Of a DNA stretch of 55,371 nucleotides, positions 9,683 to 17,730 are shown piece by piece. This stretch comes from Bdellovibrionales bacterium (GTDB lineage Bacteria; Bdellovibrionota; Bdellovibrionia; Bdellovibrionales; JAMPXM01): positions 1-55,371 of the forward strand of contig SYLX01000104.1 of the NCBI GenBank assembly GCA_005808505.1. Reading direction: 5' to 3'. A program made the position numbers and the translations under genes. The notes under the pieces are model-generated. The model was not told the origin of the DNA and did not search any database. It worked only from the letters and a program-made list of their open reading frames with translations. Within the stretch, counting starts at the first letter, position 1, and every line of letters starts with the position of its first letter.

Positions 9683-10147
9683 ATGTTAAAAATCGAAGAG
9701 CCAAAAAACTTCTCTCAGGAATCTGTCCGCGAATTTCAAGACGGCGATTGCATCTTTGCTGAAGGTGACGAAAGCCGCGAGATGTACGTCGTTCTCGAAG
9801 GCAGCGTCTCGATCTCAAAGCGGTCTGCAAAAGGGGAAATCGAACTCGCCGTTCTCCGCAAAGGGGAATTCGTAGGCGAAATGTCGTTACTCGAATCGCT
9901 CCCGCGAAGTGCGACAGCCAAAGCAAAAGGTAAAACGAAACTTTTGGCGATTCATCCGGGCGGTTTTTTGCTGAAGATTCGCCGCGATCCCACGTTTGCC
10001 TTCGAACTCCTGCAAACACTTTCAAAACGTATTCGGGTAACGAACGAAAGCCTTATGAAAGAGCTCGGTCGCAATGGCTCGTCGACTGATTCGTTGAAGG
10101 CGATTCTGCAAGGTTCAGAATTCAATTCCGGAAGCGAACAGAAATGA
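9683..10147 (+). CDS. stand-alone cyclic-nucleotide-binding (CAP-effector) domain protein
   Basis: cNMP-binding fold motifs (FAEGDESREMYVVLEGSV...GEMSLL...RSATAKA) with no HTH. ATG at 9683; the upstream part of the ORF-track ORF is Arg-rich and probably non-coding. Confidence 0.7.
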   Translation: MLKIEEPKNFSQESVREFQDGDCIFAEGDESREMYVVLEGSVSISKRSAKGEIELAVLRKGEFVGEMSLLESLPRSATAKAKGKTKLLAIHPGGFLLKIRRDPTFAFELLQTLSKRIRVTNESLMKELGRNGSSTDSLKAILQGSEFNSGSEQK

Positions 10148-10962
10148 TCACGGAGATTCGCAACCGCAAACTCGCCGTCATCTCGGATTTGCACTTGGGC
10201 AACCCTTTTTCGAAAGCGAAAGGTCCAACCGTCGAGTTTCTCGCGTGGGCCCAACGCAACGATTACGACGTTGTCATCAATGGCGACGGCTTCGAGATCG
10301 CCCAGGTGTCGTTTTCAAAAATTGCTCGCGACGTTCCTGAGGTCTTTCACGCACTGAAAACTTTCACCGGCCGCGGGCGGAACGTCTACTACGTCATTGG
10401 GAACCACGACATTGTTCTCGAGCACTTCCTCAACGACTGGGGCGGCTTCAAGATGGCGCCGTTTCTCAACGTTTGGTCGGGAGACCAGCGGATCCGCATC
10501 GAGCACGGACATCTCTACGATCCCTTCTTTGTTAAACATCCAGCGCTTTACGAGTTTCTCACTTGGGCCGCGGGCATTCCTTTAGCGCTTCACCCGAGTC
10601 TGTATAAACTTTGGATCAAGTTCGAAAAGACGAAGTCCAAACTTCTCTGGAAAAAGCCTGGCGAAGAAGGTGGCATCGTCGGTGAACATCAAGCGTTTCG
10701 CGAAGCGGCCGTTGAGCTCTCTCGAAGAGGATTTGACGTCGTCGTCTTCGGACATACTCACCATGCGGGAACAGCCCCGCTCCCCGAAGGAAAGCGCTAT
10801 TTCAATTGCGGAAGCTGGTTGATGGGAACGCCTTTTGTAGAGATCAACGACGGCAAAGTGGAGTTGCGATTCTGGGACCGCGAAAAACGCCGGCTTGATG
10901 CCTCGTTTGCGCAAGAGCTTTCCGCCTCAGATCCGCCGCTTCTCAACGATCGAGTGGGTTGA
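10144..10962 (+). CDS. calcineurin-like metallophosphoesterase (LpxH/CpdA-type motifs)
   Basis: DxH (ISDLHLG), GD (INGDGFE), GNHD, EHGH and GHTHH metal-binding motifs. Its start overlaps the upstream stop (ATGA). Confidence 0.75.
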   Translation: MITEIRNRKLAVISDLHLGNPFSKAKGPTVEFLAWAQRNDYDVVINGDGFEIAQVSFSKIARDVPEVFHALKTFTGRGRNVYYVIGNHDIVLEHFLNDWGGFKMAPFLNVWSGDQRIRIEHGHLYDPFFVKHPALYEFLTWAAGIPLALHPSLYKLWIKFEKTKSKLLWKKPGEEGGIVGEHQAFREAAVELSRRGFDVVVFGHTHHAGTAPLPEGKRYFNCGSWLMGTPFVEINDGKVELRFWDREKRRLDASFAQELSASDPPLLNDRVG

Positions 10963-10981
10963 ACTCCCCCGCGAGCCGATT

Positions 10982-11380
10982 TCAATCCGCAGAGAATCGA
11001 CGGTTGCGTTTCTTCTCGCCGTGTTCTTTCTTCGCTTTCAAACGTCTTTGTTTAGACCCAAACGTAGGCTTGGTGGCTCTGCGTTTTTTAGGCGGGGCGA
11101 GAACCGCCGCAATCATTTCGCGTAGCTTATCCAAGCAATCGGAGGCGTTCTTCCCTTGATCACGATGCCGATCGCTCATGATCACGACTTCACCATCTAC
11201 GGTTAGTTTCGAGCGGTATCGTGCTAAAAACCGATCACGGACATCTTCTCTCAAGGCTCGCGACGTCGTGGGATTCCATCGCAGAATTGCTTTTGAATTC
11301 ACCTTGTTCACGTTCTGGCCGCCCGCACCCGAACTACGCGCGTAAGTGAAATGAAGCTCATCCTGCGGAAGCTGAATCAT
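10982..11380 (-). CDS. arfB: alternative ribosome-rescue factor ArfB (peptidyl-tRNA hydrolase, GGQ)
   Basis: SGAGGQNVNKVNSKA GGQ motif and a basic C-terminal tail; size about 130 aa. Confidence 0.85.
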   Translation of the reverse strand: MIQLPQDELHFTYARSSGAGGQNVNKVNSKAILRWNPTTSRALREDVRDRFLARYRSKLTVDGEVVIMSDRHRDQGKNASDCLDKLREMIAAVLAPPKKRRATKPTFGSKQRRLKAKKEHGEKKRNRRFSAD

Positions 11381-11820
11381 CAGTGGCTGCTCACTTTTTT
11401 CTTAAACGCCACCGCGCGGAGGGCCCAACCTTCCCGCTCATAAAATCTTTTGCCGTCTTCATTTTCGATTCCGGTGCAGAGACGCAGACCGCTGAGCCCG
11501 AGTCGGCGCGCTTCGCCCTCAGCAAAGCGCAAAAGCTCGGCACCGTGTCCCTGAGACCGGGCTTCGCTGGTCGTGACTAGATCGTCGATGTAGAGATGAG
11601 AACCGTGAACAAGATCATGGAGAATTCGGCAGCCCATGACGGCGATAAGTTTCCCGCTGAGTTCGCGTCCCACTAGACGATAGCCATCGGCTGCTTGCGC
11701 CAGCACGGTCAATCTCGTGAAGTCGTCGTAATTGACGTGGGGACGAAGCTCTTTCATGACCTCGTAAGCTTGTTCGAGGTCATCGGGGATTTCTAACTGA
11801 ACGGTGCGAGCCGCTTTCAT
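11380..11820 (-). CDS. GNAT-family N-acetyltransferase
   Basis: Acetyl-CoA-binding region (LYIDDLVTTSEARSQGHGAELL). Its ATG overlaps the pepA stop (ATGA) and its stop overlaps the arfB start. Confidence 0.6.
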   Translation of the reverse strand: MKAARTVQLEIPDDLEQAYEVMKELRPHVNYDDFTRLTVLAQAADGYRLVGRELSGKLIAVMGCRILHDLVHGSHLYIDDLVTTSEARSQGHGAELLRFAEGEARRLGLSGLRLCTGIENEDGKRFYEREGWALRAVAFKKKVSSH

Positions 11821-13550
11821 GCTTCGTCTTCCTCGCCGTTCAGAACTTCTGATTGTGCGCTCGCCAAACTCATGCGACTCAGAAGCTCCACAAGAGCTTG
11901 GACAGGCTGACCGTTTCCGCCCGCTTCGGCCCAGGCACCGCTTGCTGAGTCTCTCCACGAGTAAACGTCAAGGTGAGCCCACGGTACGCCTTTCACGAAG
12001 GACTCGAGGAAAAGCGCAGCTGAGATCGCTCCCCCGAACCCACCCTCTGAGCAATTGGCCATATCGGCAAACGAGCTTTTCAACATCGAACGATACGGTT
12101 GAAAGAGCGGCATACGCCACATGAGATCACCTTTAGCGAGGCTACATTCAGCAAGGAGATTCGCGAGCTCATCATCGTTTGAGAAAAGTCCCGCGACTTC
12201 AGCGCCCAAAGCGACTTTGATCGCGCCCGTAAGGGTCGCGATGTTGATGATTGCACTCGGCTGATCTTCGCCCGTTTGCGAGACCGCTACGTCAATCGCA
12301 TCGGCGAGTACCAAGCGTCCTTCGGCATCGGTATTTGTGATTTCAACCGTGGTTCCGCTACGAGCCATGATCACGTCGCCAGGGCGGAAGGCTCCCGCAC
12401 CAACGGCGTTTTCCGCAAGCGCAAGATAGATGTCGAGGGGTAGCGGAAGCTCCGTTCGTTCTGCCCACTTCGCGAGCCCAAGTGCGGCGGCCGAGCCACC
12501 CATATCTTTCTTCATCCAACGCATACCGGCCGACGGCTTGATGTCGAGACCGCCAGAATCGAAAGTGATCCCTTTGCCAACGATCGCGATCGGCTTTCGG
12601 TGAGTTTGCTTCGCCGGCCGGTAGCGCAAGTGAACGAGGCGCGGCTGTGCATCGGCGGCTTGTCCTACGGCGAGGAGCAAATTCATTCGCTCCTCAACGA
12701 GGCGATCGCCTTCCCAGACTTCAACGCTCACGGTGTCACTCTCCGCAAACAGCGCTTCGACACTGTTTGCGTAAGTTTCAGGATTCAGATCTCCACCCGG
12801 CAAGTTCACGTAGTGCCGCGCGATATTCATGGCGAGGCCTACCTCACCGGCGGCGCGAACTTCTCTTTCGGTCAACGCTTCGCTCGATTCTTTGATCAAG
12901 AGTTCAGGGAGTTTGCGGCGCGGTTTTCCGGGCAGACCACGGTTCTCTTGGAAGGAGTAGCAAGCTAACTCCATCCCGATCAGGATGCCGCGCTCTTCTT
13001 CTAACGTAAGACCGTGGGTTTCGAGGATCAACTTTTCTGGTTTATAGGCTCCAAGCTGACCAACGATGGCGCCACCGAGGTCGCGAAAACGCGCGTAACG
13101 ACTTTTTTCCAACGTGGAAGCCGCTGACAACGAAATGCGGCGTTCATCTTGCGGTCCGCGCAGAACCCAAACAGGCCCTTGTGCACCTTGGAACATCATG
13201 CTTTCGGCTTCGCTCTCGAGAAGCATCTGCATTTGCCACTTGTTCAAGTGGATCGAGAGCGCGCTCTTGAAAGTCTTTGCCATCTTGTTGTCGAGTGCGC
13301 GCTTCGCGAACGCGAAGATGAATGCGCGTCGACCCGAGCGAACATCACCGCCCTTGGCGCGGCGACTTGCTCCCACCCAAGTTCTCAATGGAAGACCCAT
13401 CGCGGTGACGGGACCGGTGGATCCTTTAGCTACCTCCCGCGCTCGAGGCTCGGCTGCCTTTTTGGTTGTGGCTTTTGCGCTCCTCTTGAGCGTTGCGGTT
13501 TTCGTTGTGGTAGCTTTCGTTGCCGCTTTTAACGTCGTTGCTTTTGCCAT
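11817..13550 (-). CDS. pepA: M17 leucyl aminopeptidase (PepA) with Lys/Ala/Thr-rich N-terminal extension
   Basis: M17 signature NTDAEGRLVLADA plus the conserved catalytic region. The N-terminus carries about 70 aa of KAATKATTTK-type low complexity; the true start is uncertain. Confidence 0.8.
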   Translation of the reverse strand: MAKATTLKAATKATTTKTATLKRSAKATTKKAAEPRAREVAKGSTGPVTAMGLPLRTWVGASRRAKGGDVRSGRRAFIFAFAKRALDNKMAKTFKSALSIHLNKWQMQMLLESEAESMMFQGAQGPVWVLRGPQDERRISLSAASTLEKSRYARFRDLGGAIVGQLGAYKPEKLILETHGLTLEEERGILIGMELACYSFQENRGLPGKPRRKLPELLIKESSEALTEREVRAAGEVGLAMNIARHYVNLPGGDLNPETYANSVEALFAESDTVSVEVWEGDRLVEERMNLLLAVGQAADAQPRLVHLRYRPAKQTHRKPIAIVGKGITFDSGGLDIKPSAGMRWMKKDMGGSAAALGLAKWAERTELPLPLDIYLALAENAVGAGAFRPGDVIMARSGTTVEITNTDAEGRLVLADAIDVAVSQTGEDQPSAIINIATLTGAIKVALGAEVAGLFSNDDELANLLAECSLAKGDLMWRMPLFQPYRSMLKSSFADMANCSEGGFGGAISAALFLESFVKGVPWAHLDVYSWRDSASGAWAEAGGNGQPVQALVELLSRMSLASAQSEVLNGEEDEA

Positions 13551-13905
13551 GGTGTCGACTCTCCTGGAGAAACTGTAGCTCGGCTCAAAATTCGTCCCGT
13601 TGATTGGCAGCAGCCGATAGAGCTTGAGGCCGGATGAACGGGCAAAACACGAGGCTAGCCGAGGGTTTGTGACCTGTCACTTCGAAGTAGATGGAGAATT
13701 CGCGTCTGATTGCCCTCGGATCGAGCGACTTCGCAAAGCCTCAAACTCGTGAGGCGTCGGGTGGCTCATGAATCGACACCGAACTACGACATCCTGCGAA
13801 AATCTGTAGGTGGCCCTCATTCGCGGAGACGGATCAAAGGTTGCACGGGGGTCAACCTGCATGCTACCGCAAAAAGACCACATCAACGCTCAAGGAGAAA
13901 GACTG

Positions 13906-14499
13906 GTGAAAAAGCCGCGCGCGCTCTCATTTCTAACGACGGTAATTCTCGTGAACGTTGCCTTCGTCGTGACCCCTTTTGCGTTACCGTTTCAAGGCAC
14001 GGTGGCTGAAGCTCGAACGAAAAAGAAAAAACGTGTCGTGCGTCCCCGTCCTGATCAGCTCATGAATGCGAGCTTCTGGACGAAGTACAAAAAGCCCGCT
14101 CCCATTTCGGTCGATCTTCCTGAAAAGCACATGCCGGAAGGTCAGCGGGAAATTCTTTTAGCGCTGGATGAGGGCAAAGGCCTTGATTTCGTCGAAATCA
14201 AGGGTGCCGAAGTTGTCCGGTTGCTACCGGATGATAACGAAGGGCGCCGTCATCAAAAATGGATTTTTGAGATTGCGGGCGGTCACCGGATCACCGCGAT
14301 TTACAACACGAGCTTTTCGGAAGCTGTCCCGCTGGAGATAGGCGACATTGTCAATGTTGGTGGCCAATACATCTTCGATAAGAACGGTGGCGTCATTCAT
14401 TGGCTTCACGTAGACCCGAAAAAAAATCGTCCTGACGGTTACGTTGAACTCAACGGCAAACGTTACGGCGAATTCAATCCTGAGTTCTCGGAAGAATAA
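13906..14499 (+). CDS. secreted DUF3465-family protein
   Basis: Signal peptide, then a conserved C-terminal block (GGVIHWLHVDP...). AAGGAG lies 8 nt upstream of the GTG at 13906. Confidence 0.5.
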   Translation: MKKPRALSFLTTVILVNVAFVVTPFALPFQGTVAEARTKKKKRVVRPRPDQLMNASFWTKYKKPAPISVDLPEKHMPEGQREILLALDEGKGLDFVEIKGAEVVRLLPDDNEGRRHQKWIFEIAGGHRITAIYNTSFSEAVPLEIGDIVNVGGQYIFDKNGGVIHWLHVDPKKNRPDGYVELNGKRYGEFNPEFSEE

Positions 14500-14517
14500 C
14501 GTTTCTAGGAGCGCTTC

Positions 14518-15159
14518 TCACTCAGCCTTAAGAGCGTAAACACAGGCGCGGCGATCTTTGATCACGCCCTGATGTTCGTGAAGATCAGCCTTCGTAAATC
14601 CCACCGTTATATGTGGATAGAACTTTGCCGGATCAAAAAGGTTCCGGCTTCCTCCCCGTTTTTCGTAGGTCTCCGCAATCTGCGCGCGGATCTCGCGAAG
14701 ACGTGTTGAATCCACGACGATGAAATAGGTGTTTTCTTCCCTACCTGCGAGGGATGCCGAGCCCTTTCCTAAACAAATCGGTACGATGTCAGACGCCTGG
14801 ATTTCTTTTGCTTGTGCGATTTTATTGAGATCATCGATTGAGAGCCGACTTTTTAAAACATCAAACTCTGGAGGCGTGATAACGGTGATGTGGGCTTCGC
14901 CTCTCGTGATGAGCACTTTACCCTCGCGGGTTTGAAGCTCATCGTGAAGTTTGCGAACTGGCTCATAAGGAGTTGTGAGGGAGAGATAATTCGGGTGTCG
15001 TTCGAATTGCTCTCTGTCGGCGGAGAAGGCCGCCTGAGAAATCGTGATCTCACGGGGGCTTCGCGTTTTCGATGGAAGACTCTGACAGCTGACAAGGCTT
15101 AACGCTACCGCGAGCGTAAGGATGGCTTGGGTACCGCTCACTGTACGATCCCCATCCAC
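14518..15159 (-). CDS. lipoprotein of the 2H phosphoesterase (LigT / 2',3'-cyclic phosphodiesterase-like) superfamily
   Basis: Lipobox LVSC, then two H-x-T-x motifs (AHITVITP and PHITVGFT) about 87 residues apart, the defining 2H-family pattern. Confidence 0.5.
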   Translation of the reverse strand: MDGDRTVSGTQAILTLAVALSLVSCQSLPSKTRSPREITISQAAFSADREQFERHPNYLSLTTPYEPVRKLHDELQTREGKVLITRGEAHITVITPPEFDVLKSRLSIDDLNKIAQAKEIQASDIVPICLGKGSASLAGREENTYFIVVDSTRLREIRAQIAETYEKRGGSRNLFDPAKFYPHITVGFTKADLHEHQGVIKDRRACVYALKAE

Positions 15160-16409
15160 GCTTTTAAGTAAGTGCCTTGCGGAAATTCGGGACGCTGCGG
15201 ATGATCGGGGCTATGTCCACCGCGCGCCAGCCAACGGATTTCGCCGTCGAACGAAGTGGAAACGCGAGCGAGCATGGAACGGAAGTCTTCTTCCGTAAAG
15301 AGACCGGAGCAGGAGCAGCTGACGTAAAGGCCTTGGCTTGCGACTTTGCGAATCGCTTCGCGATTCATTTTGAAATACGCTTGTCCACCGGTCGGCAGAT
15401 CTTTCTTCTTTTTGATGAAAGCTGGGGGATCGCAGATCACGATGTCGAAAGATCTTTTCTCAAGCCGAGTGATGGCTTCGAGAACGTCCATCTTCTCGAG
15501 GCGCGCAACGCCTCCATGTGTTTCGACGTTACGGCCCGCTAGCTCGAGCGCTTTTCCCGAAGCGTCGACGCAAGTTACCTCGGCGCGGCTTCCGCTTGCG
15601 CGCGCAAGGTGCGAAAGCTGCGCGCCCCACTGACCGATGTAGCAACAAAGATCAAGCACGCGGATCTCGCGCTTTGTCTTGGCAATTTCGCGCGCCATCC
15701 GCGAGACAATTTGAATGTTGAAACGTTGATCGAGGAAGAAACCTGTTTTTTGCCCGCCGATAAGATCTGCCGCAAACGTCAGCGGCTCAAGATCCGGAAG
15801 TCCGGGCTGAACGAGAAGCGAAGCATTTTCGGCGACGAAGTCCGCGGCGCTGCGAATGATGCGCTTGGGTTCTACGGCGATGTTCTCCATCGCGCGCGAT
15901 TTTGAATCGTTCGCGAGCACGATCGACGTGCGATCCCAGCTTGGAGATTGAGCATCGGTGTGCTCTTCCTTCGTTAAGCGTTCGAGCGCATCGAAAACGA
16001 GCGGAAGTTGCTGATCCATTCCGGCGGTCGAACTCTGCACGACGAAGACTTGTGCATCACCTATTAAGCGATAGCGGTCAATGACGAGGCCTGGGAGGGC
16101 ATCGCCTTCCGCAAAGCACAAACGGTGACTCTGCGCCGAGACGCCGGCGATTTGTCTGAGCTTCGATGCGCGACGCAAGCGATCGGTGAAGAAGTCGACG
16201 TCGATCCGTTCTTTTTCGCGCGTCGTGAGAGTGCGGAAGGAGATGAGCGAATTCGGATGCCCATAGCCCCGAGCGAGAAACACACCTTGATGATCGCGCA
16301 GGTCAACGAGTGCACCGGGCGGAAGCAGTTTTGGACTTTGAGAAAGTTCATTTGAAAAAACCCAGGGATGTCCGAATCGGAACTTTTTCTCGGACCCTTT
16401 TTTAAGCAT
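15138..16409 (-). CDS. rlmI: RlmI-like class I SAM-dependent rRNA (m5C) methyltransferase with PUA domain
   Basis: N-terminus KKGSEKKFRFGHPWVFSNEL aligns with E. coli RlmI (KGREKSLLRRHPWVFSG). Rossmann SAM motif (VLDLCCYIGQWG). Start uncertain (16409 / 16469). Confidence 0.7.
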   Translation of the reverse strand: MLKKGSEKKFRFGHPWVFSNELSQSPKLLPPGALVDLRDHQGVFLARGYGHPNSLISFRTLTTREKERIDVDFFTDRLRRASKLRQIAGVSAQSHRLCFAEGDALPGLVIDRYRLIGDAQVFVVQSSTAGMDQQLPLVFDALERLTKEEHTDAQSPSWDRTSIVLANDSKSRAMENIAVEPKRIIRSAADFVAENASLLVQPGLPDLEPLTFAADLIGGQKTGFFLDQRFNIQIVSRMAREIAKTKREIRVLDLCCYIGQWGAQLSHLARASGSRAEVTCVDASGKALELAGRNVETHGGVARLEKMDVLEAITRLEKRSFDIVICDPPAFIKKKKDLPTGGQAYFKMNREAIRKVASQGLYVSCSCSGLFTEEDFRSMLARVSTSFDGEIRWLARGGHSPDHPQRPEFPQGTYLKAWMGIVQ

Positions 16410-16692
16410 CCATGTGTGGGCTGGAAGACCGGCGTAACTGGAGTTCTGGTGCATTGAATTTCCCTGCATTGATGCCTTTCATGTGCCCGAGTGGCCTATC
16501 GAGGTCAAGCGCCCCAACGGCCCTTGTGAAGGAACTCAAATGCGATTAGCGGCAATTGGGTCAAGATTGGAGCGGGAGCCGTCAATTTCCGTTCACAGGT
16601 CGCAAATGATCTCACGCGAAATGAGGGAAATCGATGAATCTGGCGGCGGCGAAAAAGTTTCGAACGTTTGATAGCTTCGGGAGGTTTGAATC

Positions 16693-17730
16693 ATGAAATT
16701 CCATCGCACGTACTCGCAGATTCGATTGGCTTTAGCGGCCGTCGCGGTCGCGGTTTTGGCGCCGACGGCAGCATTTGCGGCTAACTTCTTTGTGCAAGAC
16801 ACCATCGTCGACGACGGCATTGATGCCGAGGCGGCTCGCGTCGCGACCAATCTTGTAAAGAACGCGGTTGCGGCGCGGGCTGCTGATCAACTCGTGGCGG
16901 ATGAATACCGCGCGAGCTACGTACTTCAGCCTCGCCTCATGCGCTTGGGCGACAGCTGGATTCTGACGGTGGAAAAAGTCCGCGGTCAGGAGACCTTGTT
17001 CGCGGCGCAAACGAAGGTGCGCCGAATCGACCAACTTGATCAGGCCGCGCGCAGCGCAACGGCTGCCGCGATTGATGAGCCTTCGCTTCAAGAAGGGCCT
17101 CGCAATTTAGCGGGCATTCAAGCGGACCCGGCGATCCCTTACCGCGTAGCGCCTTCGACGCGCGACCGGATCATCGTTGTTGATCCGTCGGGCTCGGTGT
17201 CGGGTACGACGACGGATTTGGAATCGGCGCGCAGTAGCGGCGAGATCCGTTCCGATCGCGCGGCGGACCTGTGGCCTGCTGAACGCAAAGTTAGCTACTG
17301 GACGATCGGGATTGGGCCGTTTCTCTCGCGCCGCCTTGAGAGCGATAGCGTGATGTATAACTTCGCGCTCGGACACACTTGGGACATCAACCCGCGTGCT
17401 TCCGTGAAGGCGATTGGAGAGGCGAACTTCTCGTCAAGCGGCGACGGCGCTCGCTTCTTTAACTTGGCGGCGGGTGCGAACTATTTCTTCCCGACTCGTG
17501 ACGTGGATACGTCACCGTACGTGACGGCGGATATTGGTTACGGATTCGCAACCAATGTGAGCCGCGATGAAGCTGAAGGCTTCAGCTTCGGGACCGGCGT
17601 GGGCTTCCAATTCTTCCGCACGACCGAAACGACGCTCGACCTCCTTCTCCGCTACGCCGTTATCTTCGATAACGTGAATGGCGAGGGGAACCCGGGGGTG
17701 GCGGGGTTGCGGATGGCCGTGAACTTCTAG
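16693..17730 (+). CDS. outer-membrane beta-barrel protein (hypothetical)
   Basis: Signal peptide (ALAAVAVAVLAPTAAFA) and an alternating hydrophobic C-terminal strand ending ...LRMAVNF. Its stop codon lies inside the left inverted repeat of the IS. Confidence 0.5.
   Translation: MKFHRTYSQIRLALAAVAVAVLAPTAAFAANFFVQDTIVDDGIDAEAARVATNLVKNAVAARAADQLVADEYRASYVLQPRLMRLGDSWILTVEKVRGQETLFAAQTKVRRIDQLDQAARSATAAAIDEPSLQEGPRNLAGIQADPAIPYRVAPSTRDRIIVVDPSGSVSGTTTDLESARSSGEIRSDRAADLWPAERKVSYWTIGIGPFLSRRLESDSVMYNFALGHTWDINPRASVKAIGEANFSSSGDGARFFNLAAGANYFFPTRDVDTSPYVTADIGYGFATNVSRDEAEGFSFGTGVGFQFFRTTETTLDLLLRYAVIFDNVNGEGNPGVAGLRMAVNF

Noticed and set aside
12600-13578. Plus-strand ORFs (122, 82, 154, 127 aa) within the pepA region
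   Set aside because: All are antisense or out-of-frame relative to the M17 aminopeptidase, whose catalytic motifs are unambiguous.
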